63,107 nucleotides of DNA. Source: a virus (lineage: Duplodnaviria > Caudoviricetes). Below are positions 29,376 to 37,905 of this stretch, piece after piece. Positions within the stretch are counted from its first letter, which is position 1. Every line of letters starts with the position of its first letter. The stretch spans positions 1 to 63,107 of the IMG/VR virus record IMGVR_UViG_3300032236_001513. One strand, given 5' to 3'. Under the pieces are notes generated by a model. The model did not search any database and was not told where the DNA came from. It saw only the letters and a program-made list of their open reading frames with translations. The position numbers and the translations under genes were made by a program.

Positions 29376-29843
29376 TTAATGTTTTATATAACTATATCCA
29401 GTACAAGCTCCTACTGCACAAAAAATACTCATGGATGCAGTATCACTTGCAATAAGGCTGTTTTGAACTACAGTCACTCCTGTATTAGAACTATTGACAG
29501 ATAGATTGAATATTTTTTGCGGGGTACCAGTTTGCGTGATTGAGATAGTGTTGTTGCTAGAAGGAACAGTCAACTGCAATACGTGGTTTCCGTCTTGTTG
29601 TGTGGTTGATATATTGTTGTTGATTCCCTGTATAGTTGCAACAAGATTACTATTATTATTTTGCTGGCTAGTTACCGCATTGTTATTGCCAACAATGATT
29701 AGACTCTCATAGTTTGAATCACCCACAGATTGAGTGATAATCACTGATGTATTGTTCCCTACAGATTGATCGATATAGATTTTATTTTGAGCTAGTACAG
29801 GTGTTACAGAGAGTAGTAGCAAGAACGGTATCAGTATTCTCAT
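29376..29843 (-). CDS. Curlin-like secreted protein (CsgB-like)
   Basis: Signal peptide; IYIDQ and Q/G/N-rich beta-repeats. Confidence 0.65.
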   Translation of the reverse strand: MRILIPFLLLLSVTPVLAQNKIYIDQSVGNNTSVIITQSVGDSNYESLIIVGNNNAVTSQQNNNSNLVATIQGINNNISTTQQDGNHVLQLTVPSSNNTISITQTGTPQKIFNLSVNSSNTGVTVVQNSLIASDTASMSIFCAVGACTGYSYIKH

Positions 29844-30985
29844 TTAGGCGGGGCTCCGTTCTGCACGATAGTTATTGTTCCTTGGGGTCTTCCATCTCCC
29901 TGTGTAGTCCATTTTTGGTTTGCAAAATTGTAAGAATCTATAATTCCATTCTGAGAAACAACAACTTCAACCTCACTGTTCTTTGGTAACCATACAGTAG
30001 CGGCTTGTAATTTATCAGGAGATAACACTGAATACACCCATCCTACTTGAATCATCTTTTTGCTGAGAACCGGTGATACATTTGTATATATTAATTTTTT
30101 AGGGAATTCTCCGTTTATGTCTACATACACTTTAGTTAAAGTGTCAGCAGCAGTCTGTTTAGTTTGTAGTGCAACCGCCACCTCTTCAATGGAAAATCCA
30201 TCCGAATTAGGATCAGCATTATTGTCAGCAGCAGCTTGTGCTGGGTTGTTTGCTGCCTTTGCTGAATTCTTTGATAACTTTGCTAGGCTCAATCCGTTTG
30301 TGGTTGTAGGAGATGATATCTGTAGTGAGTTATTGACTTGTTTTAGCGTCATGTCTACTTTCACCGGCGGAGCAGGTGGTGTAAAATTATTTTCAACCAT
30401 AGTTGCTTGAAATGGCTGATTGAGTGTGACTAATCCAGCCGCAGTTAAAACCTCGATAGATCCACTTGTACAGTCATCTGTTATCTTAGTTGGGTCCTTG
30501 TCATCATAACAATTTGGAAGTAAGATGACTGTTGTTTTACCTATCTCATCTACTGACATTAGAAAATCCGTACCTCTGACACCTATGGTTGCAGTGGGTG
30601 TTCTAATATTTACTCCGTTCGAATTACCATGTGCAATTCCACCAGATGCATATCGTACAGTTCCTAGAGCAACTTTGAGTCCTAGTTTACCCTTATTTGA
30701 ATTTCCTCCGTCATATACAAAGTCATCAATGAGTAATCTACTATTTTCAGTGATGTTTACTGTAGTAGCATCAGCAAATGTGATCTTGAATCTACCCTGA
30801 GAATTGGTAGATACTGTGTCATTCTTTTCTATTGCGGATCCATTGCCGGCCGTAATAACACCAGCAGGACGCTTGATCGTGCCCATGCCGCGTGATTCTG
30901 TTATCGACCCTATGCTAGCAAAAGCAGCATGGGCCGATAACAAAAATAGAAGATTAATGGCCAGTTTTAATATTAAACGTGCCAT
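29840..30985 (-). CDS. FecR-domain periplasmic protein
   Basis: Signal peptide; DTVST...ITFAD...ITENSRLLID...GTVRY...IRTPTATIGVRGTDF. Confidence 0.82.
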   Translation of the reverse strand: MARLILKLAINLLFLLSAHAAFASIGSITESRGMGTIKRPAGVITAGNGSAIEKNDTVSTNSQGRFKITFADATTVNITENSRLLIDDFVYDGGNSNKGKLGLKVALGTVRYASGGIAHGNSNGVNIRTPTATIGVRGTDFLMSVDEIGKTTVILLPNCYDDKDPTKITDDCTSGSIEVLTAAGLVTLNQPFQATMVENNFTPPAPPVKVDMTLKQVNNSLQISSPTTTNGLSLAKLSKNSAKAANNPAQAAADNNADPNSDGFSIEEVAVALQTKQTAADTLTKVYVDINGEFPKKLIYTNVSPVLSKKMIQVGWVYSVLSPDKLQAATVWLPKNSEVEVVVSQNGIIDSYNFANQKWTTQGDGRPQGTITIVQNGAPPK

Positions 30986-31733
30986 TTGTTCCGACACTCT
31001 TGATGTTGATTATAGTTTCAGAAGGACCGTACTGTTGTGTAGTGACGTTGTTTCCAGAACCAACAAGATCAACAAACAATGAGTGACCGTATGTTCCTCC
31101 GGTATCAGACTGCGTTACATTGAATGTATTGTAGTCACCGGTAACTAATAGTGTTTGTGATGAATTAGGTGCATTAGATGCAATAGTATAAGCGTTATTG
31201 TTGCCTGTGTTGTTTATAGTTTGAGTGATATTAGAAGCTGAACCGTGGAATGCTAGCATGTTGTTGTTACCAACAAATTTATCATTCAAGTTCAATCCAT
31301 TACAATTTGCATCACCCTCATAGATTCCGCAACGAATTGTAGCAGAGTTGTTATTACCTAATTGCTGAATAGTAGTAGTTGTGCCACTCTCTGATCCAAA
31401 AGAACCGAGTATTCCCATTAGCAATGAATTCGTATTTCCGGTTTGCACTACAGTGACTGTCTGATTATCACCACGTAGGTAGATAGGATCAGTCATTGTA
31501 CCAACAACATTAGTAGTACCGGTCTGTTGGATGTTCACGTTTACATGCTGACCTGCTTGATTGATGTATACTTTATTTGTAGTTGCTACTGTATTAGCTT
31601 CAGTCTCATTAGGTGATGTAGCAATGATTGCAGGTGGATTAGGTTGAGTAGGAAGAACTGCAACAGCCTGAGCAAATGCAGTGCTAGATACTAATAACGA
31701 ACCAAGAATTAGTGCATATTTTATTATTTTCAT
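30954..31733 (-). CDS. Curlin-like secreted repeat protein (CsgA/B-like)
   Basis: Signal peptide; repeated xQxGxxN units (QTGTTN, QTGNTN, QLGNNN). Confidence 0.7.
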   Translation of the reverse strand: MKIIKYALILGSLLVSSTAFAQAVAVLPTQPNPPAIIATSPNETEANTVATTNKVYINQAGQHVNVNIQQTGTTNVVGTMTDPIYLRGDNQTVTVVQTGNTNSLLMGILGSFGSESGTTTTIQQLGNNNSATIRCGIYEGDANCNGLNLNDKFVGNNNMLAFHGSASNITQTINNTGNNNAYTIASNAPNSSQTLLVTGDYNTFNVTQSDTGGTYGHSLFVDLVGSGNNVTTQQYGPSETIINIKSVGTNGTFNIKTGH

Positions 31734-31735
31734 CT

Positions 31736-32575
31736 TTATAATCCTTTTTTGATTGTATTGGATTTTTTATAATGCCAAAATCCTCTCTTCTCGCCGTCTT
31801 TTATGAGTTGTGCTACACCGAGTTCAATTGCTGATCGAATAGCATAACTTCCAGGTTCATTTGATGTTTGTTGACCATCTAGTTCGAATGCTTTAGTACC
31901 TAAATCAAAGAATTTAAAGACAGTAATTCCTTCAGAGGTAGATATTACATTCTTACTAATAGTAACACTATCAAGTATTTCACCTGTTTGTGTTGATACA
32001 AGCCGTAGATTAATCACGACCATATCTTCACTATATTGGGTGTTTGGCCCAATTCCTAAATAACGAACACCATTACCACCGGTTTTAGTGTTGCTATTAT
32101 AATCGATAATGCCTCCCTCGACAATGAGTCCTGCTACCATTAACGGAGATAATGCTTTGGCTTTGTCACCATATTCTTGTTCTCGCATCTGACGTATAAG
32201 CTGGCGCTCTTTAATGATGCTATCAATACCTACACGTTCAACTGGTTTGAACCATTTGCCGCCGCCCGCATCAGCTAATGTTTTAATCAGATATGCATCA
32301 GCACCCTGTGTTACGGCAGTGCTAAAGCTACTCACAGTAGATGAGGATTTGCGTTGTCCGGTTTTATCAGTGAATGAATACACTGCGATGGGAATAGGAG
32401 GACCATCTAGATCAGGAATATCATCGAATATTTTTTTATTCGTATATGATATTACTGATGGTCTAGTTCGAAAGATTGCGGTATCCTGATTTAGGATAGG
32501 ATTTATTGCGCCTACGCAGCCAGTTAGAAGCAAGGCAACCAGCGTTAGTGTCAGGAAAGTTAATGACTTCTTCAT
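31736..32575 (-). CDS. csgG: Curli secretion channel lipoprotein
   Basis: Lipobox LLTGC; IAVYSFTDKTGQRK, FSTAVTQG, VERVG and EGGIIDY motifs. Confidence 0.9.
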   Translation of the reverse strand: MKKSLTFLTLTLVALLLTGCVGAINPILNQDTAIFRTRPSVISYTNKKIFDDIPDLDGPPIPIAVYSFTDKTGQRKSSSTVSSFSTAVTQGADAYLIKTLADAGGGKWFKPVERVGIDSIIKERQLIRQMREQEYGDKAKALSPLMVAGLIVEGGIIDYNSNTKTGGNGVRYLGIGPNTQYSEDMVVINLRLVSTQTGEILDSVTISKNVISTSEGITVFKFFDLGTKAFELDGQQTSNEPGSYAIRSAIELGVAQLIKDGEKRGFWHYKKSNTIKKGL

Positions 32576-32586
32576 TGAACCTCCTG

Positions 32587-33045
32587 CTAGAATGCAAATG
32601 TTGCGATAGGAACTGTTACTACAGTTTGATTGCCGGTGCTATCAACAACAGTCAATGTAACATTCGTTCCTGTTTTTATATAACTAATAGTATTTCCGTC
32701 TAAATTAAATATGCCCGAATTAGAAGCAGTGCTACCTGTTTGAAATAAATTGTTACTCAGTTGGGTGGCTAGTTGTGCATAGACCTGGCTAGTAAACAAA
32801 GAGATAAATTTGTTCAATGGGGTATTCGCTGCGGCTGCGGCTGCGGCTGCTTGTGCAGAAGCTAATGCATTCTCATTCGCTTGTTTATTATTTTGTTCGA
32901 TGTTTTGAACAGCTATCACATGATTAGACCAACCTACACCGTTAAAGGCAGGGTCTTTAAATTGTTGAACAAGTGGATCAGCCATTGCAGGTGATGCAAA
33001 GCAAATTAGTCCTAATAGAGAAAGTATTTTTATTTTTATTTTCAT
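32587..33045 (-). CDS. csgF: Curli assembly factor
   Basis: Signal peptide; QQFKDPAFNG (cf. FxFxNPxFGG); adjacent to csgG; ends in TAG. Confidence 0.75.
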   Translation of the reverse strand: MKIKIKILSLLGLICFASPAMADPLVQQFKDPAFNGVGWSNHVIAVQNIEQNNKQANENALASAQAAAAAAAANTPLNKFISLFTSQVYAQLATQLSNNLFQTGSTASNSGIFNLDGNTISYIKTGTNVTLTVVDSTGNQTVVTVPIATFAF

Positions 33046-33068
33046 TATTTCTCCCCTAATGTGTATTC

Positions 33069-33407
33069 TTAACCTTCACCGCTTGCTGCTGTATGGTCAT
33101 CTTCTGATAATTTTTCATACTGTGGTTTATTAATCTTCTTCTCTGCTTCTACTCGTTCGCGTTCTATAGTCTTACCACGCAAGTGTAAAACAGTGTTGAC
33201 TTTTTGATTCAATCGAATCAAGTCATTGTCCAACATTCTGATACGATCAATCAATGCGATTAGTGTTGTGTTGGCTTCTCCTAATACAGGTTTGATCTCT
33301 TTAGTAGCCCATTCCCAGACGTAATAGATCAGGTATCCCATACCTGCAGCAGCTACTGTCGGGAATCCATACTTATTAATTAGTTCTGCTATGTTTCCGC
33401 TCATCAA
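33069..33407 (-). CDS. Small single-TM coiled-coil protein (holin/YvrJ-like)
   Basis: INKYGFPTVAA TM segment; LIDRIRMLDNDLIRL. Confidence 0.6.
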   Translation of the reverse strand: MMSGNIAELINKYGFPTVAAAGMGYLIYYVWEWATKEIKPVLGEANTTLIALIDRIRMLDNDLIRLNQKVNTVLHLRGKTIERERVEAEKKINKPQYEKLSEDDHTAASGEG

Positions 33408-33685
33408 TCTCTCCTTGCGTCAGATTTACCGTCTGCTCTTGCGATACGATCTACGTCGGGCTTTAAGCCGAGTGCGTTTGATACTACGGTATCGATTCTA
33501 ATCACATCGTGATTCATTGTTTTTACACGATTGTCAAGAGAGACGATTATTCCCTTCATGCCACTGACGCTTCCGGTGACACCTGCGAGGATAAATTTTA
33601 GGGTTAAGAATACGAAATATCCTGCTCCAATTGAAGCTGCGATTGGGAATCCTACTTCGGCTACTAGTTTAAAGAAATCTCCCAC
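33404..33685 (-). CDS. Small single-TM coiled-coil protein, paralog of the neighbouring gene
   Basis: VAEVGFPIAA; LDNRVKTMNHDVIRID; GTG start after AGGAAGG. Confidence 0.6.
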   Translation of the reverse strand: MGDFFKLVAEVGFPIAASIGAGYFVFLTLKFILAGVTGSVSGMKGIIVSLDNRVKTMNHDVIRIDTVVSNALGLKPDVDRIARADGKSDARRD

Positions 33686-33714
33686 GCACGCCTTCCTTGT
33701 TTTCCATAAAGCTA

Positions 33715-33749
33715 TGCCCTAGCTCTCACTAGGGCACAACATTATTTAT
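33715..33749 (-). promoter_or_regulatory. Late promoter and 5' hairpin of the curli/cyclase operon
   Basis: TATAAATA (33743-33750) followed by a TGCCCTAG/CTAGGGCA hairpin. Confidence 0.55.
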
Positions 33750-33786
33750 AGAATAGGATTCTTGAATTAACTGCGTGTTTATTTAG

Positions 33787-34086
33787 TCATGAGCCAAGAA
33801 CTGAATAAAAATCTTTTAGGCTTTTAGAAGCAATTTCTTGCATCTCTTCACGCTCATATGGTTTAAGCTTGTTATATCGATTCATAAAATCTTGAATGTC
33901 TTTTAGCGGAAGACGATGCTTGCTGCCATCTTTAAAAGTGATCTTGTAATCGCCCTTAAGGTCAAGTGCATTCTTCAACTGCATCACGATGTGTTGAATC
34001 TTATCCTGATCGGGATCCGGAGCTACTTCATCTTCATCATCCCAATCGTCGTGCGAGGACTCGTTAAGTACTTCTGTGATCTTCAT
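33787..34086 (-). CDS. Small putative capsid-internal protein
   Basis: MKITEVLNE|S start; late promoter 34104-34110. Confidence 0.65.
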   Translation of the reverse strand: MKITEVLNESSHDDWDDEDEVAPDPDQDKIQHIVMQLKNALDLKGDYKITFKDGSKHRLPLKDIQDFMNRYNKLKPYEREEMQEIASKSLKDFYSVLGS

Positions 34087-34139
34087 GCTAGATTCCTTTT
34101 GAGTATTTATCACAACGGATGAAAAATAGTTGTCAAACC

Positions 34140-34412
34140 TTAGCCGACAACAGACACCATGCTAGCAGGAACGCGATAGCGACCGTACTGTGTCTCAACA
34201 ACCAGATTCTTGATCTTGACATCCATCACCGTGCCGTTGTAGACCTTACCGCGGCTAGAGAATGTGACCTTCGCACCCTTAGAAACAGTACGAACAGTCT
34301 GCTTAGTAAGCTGTTGCCGACGCATCTTAACGTAGGAGAGAATCTCGTTCAGTTCTTCGTTGGAGGCCTTAGTCAGAACAAAATGCGAAATCGTCTCAAG
34401 AGACCCAGTCAT
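34140..34412 (-). CDS. Hypothetical early protein (SH3-like C-terminus)
   Basis: GAGG RBS; upstream TTGACA-16-TATTAT at 34442-34469. Confidence 0.65.
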   Translation of the reverse strand: MTGSLETISHFVLTKASNEELNEILSYVKMRRQQLTKQTVRTVSKGAKVTFSSRGKVYNGTVMDVKIKNLVVETQYGRYRVPASMVSVVG

Positions 34413-34502
34413 TTCAATTTCCTCTTTCGTTTCCATAATTCATAATAGCATATCTGCTACCAATGTCAACAAAAATATTGAGTTACGCCTAAATAATTTG
34501 CA

Positions 34503-34712
34503 CTACGTTTCATCTATTACCTTGTTAATAAATTGGCGCCATCTATCTGGGTACATAGCCTTGATCGGCCATTCTAACTGATCTGTGAACTCCGTAGAGG
34601 TCAGATGTTCTCGCATAAGAGCCAACATAGCATCTGCTGCATCCTGCCGATTGAATCCATACTGATCATATTGTAAAGCTAGTGTAGCAACAATTTTATC
34701 TCTAAAGGTCAT
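34503..34712 (-). CDS. Hypothetical protein
   Basis: 69 aa; ATGA-coupled to the upstream gene; ends in TAG. Confidence 0.55.
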   Translation of the reverse strand: MTFRDKIVATLALQYDQYGFNRQDAADAMLALMREHLTSTEFTDQLEWPIKAMYPDRWRQFINKVIDET

Positions 34713-34948
34713 TGTGTTAATCCTTGCATTTTACCATAAGCTAGACAAACTCTCTTTCCTGTAACAGGATCCGGTCCATCTAGTTGCCGATACTTGATAG
34801 GCAAGCGTCTATACTGAGCTAGTGCATGACGCAGATCAGTGGTGGATACAAAGGTCTTGAAGCCACGAGCATTGCCGAAGCCATATGGTCCAAACCATGG
34901 ATGGAATCCACAACACATTCCCGCGCCCACTGAATAATGTGGCTTCAT
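34709..34948 (-). CDS. Hypothetical protein
   Basis: 79 aa; ATGA-coupled. Confidence 0.55.
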   Translation of the reverse strand: MKPHYSVGAGMCCGFHPWFGPYGFGNARGFKTFVSTTDLRHALAQYRRLPIKYRQLDGPDPVTGKRVCLAYGKMQGLTQ

Positions 34949-35472
34949 CTCTCACCTTCCGCAACGTGGAAGCGGGCTAGGGCGTCATCCCGGCCTTGCT
35001 CATAGGTTTTGCGGGTGACGAAATTAAACGGGCCTTCCCCGTCGTCGTCTGCCCGTCCCCAAGCCTTGGCGGTGTCGATCAAATGTTGTCCGTGACGATG
35101 GGCGTCCTCCCGTTCAGCAAGCTGGGAAAACAATTCGTCGCGGCGCTTTCGATATTCCAGCGTCATGTCCTCATAGTCGTGCTCAAGGCTTGAAACTTTT
35201 GCCTCAGACAAGGCAAGTTGGGCAGTCAGACGGGCGTTCTCTTCCTTTAGCTGTTCTGCCTCTTGCCTTGCTTCATCCCGTTGCAGGGTGATCTGCACAA
35301 ACCTTGTATGTCGGTCTGGATCACGCAAGAGTGCATTCTCTTTCTTCAATTTACTGACCTCATCATAAAGCCGTATCACATCCCAAACGCAGTCATAGAA
35401 GTCATCTCGTCCTGTTTGGTTGCCATTTCTATATTCTAGCCATTGCTCTCGGGTTTTATTCATTCTATTCAT
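34945..35472 (-). CDS. Coiled-coil hypothetical protein with a GC-richer 3' half
   Basis: Start downstream of promoter TTGACT-17-TATCTT (35506-35534). Confidence 0.55.
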   Translation of the reverse strand: MNRMNKTREQWLEYRNGNQTGRDDFYDCVWDVIRLYDEVSKLKKENALLRDPDRHTRFVQITLQRDEARQEAEQLKEENARLTAQLALSEAKVSSLEHDYEDMTLEYRKRRDELFSQLAEREDAHRHGQHLIDTAKAWGRADDDGEGPFNFVTRKTYEQGRDDALARFHVAEGER

Positions 35473-35570
35473 TTTCTTCGTTCCGGTTGGATCAACTATG
35501 CTATTAAGATAGCACCGTCCTAACCACAAGTCAAGAGGTTTTATCCAGTATCGGAAGAATTATATTCGTC

Positions 35571-36227
35571 TTATTGAGAGATAGCGTGTGCTACAGCTTT
35601 TTTAGAAAAATACACTACCATGTTATGAAACAGATGAGCACCTACCATAGCAGCACCTAAGGTCACAAAATAGTAAGCAGAGATCACAGAAAAATCCATA
35701 GTCTTATTCCAGGCTCTTGCAACTCCTAGGAAGCAAGCCCAGAACCAAGAGGTAGAACTGATGGCTCCGAAGTAGCAGAGCTTCCTAGATAAATCTCCTG
35801 GAATGTAGGCAATGATCATGTTCTCGTTAAGCTTGTCACTATAGTGATGCACAAAGAAACCATTGACAGTGAGAATAGCCACTACCATGAACTTAGCATA
35901 GAGCTTTGGGTTGAGCATGAAGGCAGGATCACGCACCATACCATAGAGCACGATCATTGTTCCTGTTAGAACAAGACCGAACAATGACCAAAACGTCGTG
36001 TTCTTTATGCTTTCTAGATGATGCATACTCTCTTCAGTGAGAGGGATATTGTAGTTCTTCAGAAAGATATAGTCAGAGGTTAAGATACTGATCAATGCAA
36101 AAGCTGACAGCAAGAAGTGTGAGAACACTAGAATAGTCTTGAAATACTGGTCAATAGTCGTCCACACGTTCGGTGAAAATATATGTCCGAATGATGCTAT
36201 ATATATAATAATACTGTTGAAGTCCAT
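35571..36227 (-). CDS. Polytopic membrane protein
   Basis: About five TM segments; NPKLYAKFMVVAILTVNG motif. Confidence 0.7.
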   Translation of the reverse strand: MDFNSIIIYIASFGHIFSPNVWTTIDQYFKTILVFSHFLLSAFALISILTSDYIFLKNYNIPLTEESMHHLESIKNTTFWSLFGLVLTGTMIVLYGMVRDPAFMLNPKLYAKFMVVAILTVNGFFVHHYSDKLNENMIIAYIPGDLSRKLCYFGAISSTSWFWACFLGVARAWNKTMDFSVISAYYFVTLGAAMVGAHLFHNMVVYFSKKAVAHAISQ

Positions 36228-36334
36228 TTCATTTCCCTTTCGACTACATTCGTATATTTAGTCGACCAAAGGAGAATATGCATCTTAGCCCGTGCTTTTA
36301 TAAAAATTCGCGAGACTTAAAGTAGCTGTTCACA

Positions 36335-36697
36335 CTACTTACGTTCAAACACAATCTTGCGACCCTGCTTAGAGAGATAGCCGACCAGCTCACCCGGAGC
36401 TTCAGTATCATAGAAGCTAGTCATCTTAGGGCTGACACGGTAGACCGGCATCGAATGCTTGCTAAAATCGTTGTCCTTCGGATCACCGAAGGTGACAAGA
36501 ACCAGATTAGGATTAGCCTCACGGGCACGTTCAGCCATAGATTCCATACGAGCAGTCAGGCGATTGTAGCTAGAGCAATCATCACGCCAGTAATACTTGT
36601 AAGCGTAAGCAGTAACGCCGATCTCAATCGGAGCACCGGTATCCATATCAGTCGCCTTCACTGTGTTCTTGCGAAGAGTGTAAACGTAAATGCCCAT
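36335..36697 (-). CDS. Hypothetical early protein
   Basis: GGAG RBS; start MGIYVY; promoter TTGACA-17-TATTAT at 36729-36757; ends in TAG. Confidence 0.65.
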   Translation of the reverse strand: MGIYVYTLRKNTVKATDMDTGAPIEIGVTAYAYKYYWRDDCSSYNRLTARMESMAERAREANPNLVLVTFGDPKDNDFSKHSMPVYRVSPKMTSFYDTEAPGELVGYLSKQGRKIVFERK

Positions 36698-36762
36698 CTC
36701 GTGTCTCCGTTTCATCAGCTTATGATTCATAATAGCGAAATGGGCATCCGTTGTCAACCGTT

Positions 36763-37602
36763 TTATGCGAAAATTTCTAAAAATGTTCCACATTCTGAGC
36801 AGAACTTATCTGTAGCCCTGTTCTGTTTTCCGCAGGTCACACACTTAGGTTTGGTTTTAACCGTGATCGGTTCACGCACTTCCATATTATCAGGAGTCTC
36901 ACCTAGCAGTTTAAGAATGATATTGTGAGTTTCGCTTTCCGTTGCGAACCAGCTTGCAGTCACGAACTTCTGTTCGCTCTTGCTACCAGGAACAGTGATA
37001 CCTGTTTCACTCTGAGGAGCAGCATTGAATGAACTTGCAGACAGCGTAGCACCAACTGTCATGTTGTTTAGGCTTGCTGATGCAGTTGCATAAGATGCGT
37101 CTGAACAAGCAACACCAGGGTGCGAATACGCTGAAGTTGTAGTTCCTCCGGTGTATGTTGAGCGTAGTACTGAATTGTTTACAGTCCAAGTTGGATCACC
37201 GTAGTACGGCTGTGACGGAGCAGTCCAAGTTAGATTGGGATACTTAGGATATACCTTTTCAAACTGATACTCTACACGAATCAACCCATCTTCTAGCTTG
37301 ATACCACGATGGTCTTCAATGTTGCTAGTGCGCTCAATGAACTTGAAACGATTGCCCTCGCTCATGTTTCCATTGCGAATAGCGCGTTCAAGATCAACTT
37401 CCTGACCCGCATTCAATACGAGTCCACCAGGCACGACATTATCACCGTCAATGTAGACGTTGATCAATGCTCTTATTGTGTTGAGATTTTTGAGAAGTAC
37501 TGAATATTCACTACCGAATGGGATATAAACGGTGTCTTTGAATTCACGGAGTACTTTTCCGTTGGCTTTGATGCTGGCAACCAGCTTACTATTATACATC
37601 AT
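36763..37602 (-). CDS. Hypothetical protein with C-terminal zinc ribbon
   Basis: 279 aa; CVTCG...FCSECG. Confidence 0.75.
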   Translation of the reverse strand: MMYNSKLVASIKANGKVLREFKDTVYIPFGSEYSVLLKNLNTIRALINVYIDGDNVVPGGLVLNAGQEVDLERAIRNGNMSEGNRFKFIERTSNIEDHRGIKLEDGLIRVEYQFEKVYPKYPNLTWTAPSQPYYGDPTWTVNNSVLRSTYTGGTTTSAYSHPGVACSDASYATASASLNNMTVGATLSASSFNAAPQSETGITVPGSKSEQKFVTASWFATESETHNIILKLLGETPDNMEVREPITVKTKPKCVTCGKQNRATDKFCSECGTFLEIFA

Positions 37603-37606
37603 GTTT

Positions 37607-37684
37607 CTTCCTTTCTACGGACCACAGACTAAGGCCCTAATTCTTAAAGTCTGTTAAGTAGCACCATGCTACAAACTTATTTAT
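37607..37684 (-). promoter_or_regulatory. Late promoter and structured leader (hairpin plus H-type pseudoknot)
   Basis: GATAAATA; GTAGCA/TGCTAC hairpin; ACAGACT/AGTCTGT stem; loop GGGCC pairs with downstream GGTCC. Confidence 0.45.
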
Positions 37685-37905
37685 CTGTTGCGAACCGAAG
37701 TAGTTAAATTATTAATGTCTGTATTCTGGCGACGAATCTGTCGATTGCTCAATCGCAATGCTTCCGAAACACGTTGCATCTGTTCACTCAACTGCTGCAC
37801 TTTACTTTCTAACATATCAAGTCGTGTTTGTTCAACAGTTTTGGGTTCTACGGTTACTGAAATGCTGTCTTCAGTATCTGTTTTAGGTGTATTGTACATT
37901 CTCAT
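37681..37905 (-). CDS. Small coiled-coil protein
   Basis: 74 aa with heptad pattern. Confidence 0.6.
   Translation of the reverse strand: MRMYNTPKTDTEDSISVTVEPKTVEQTRLDMLESKVQQLSEQMQRVSEALRLSNRQIRRQNTDINNLTTSVRNR

Noticed and set aside
33668-33707. Short upstream ORF (MENKEGVRGRFL) overlapping the curli operon start
   Set aside because: No convincing RBS; probably chance.
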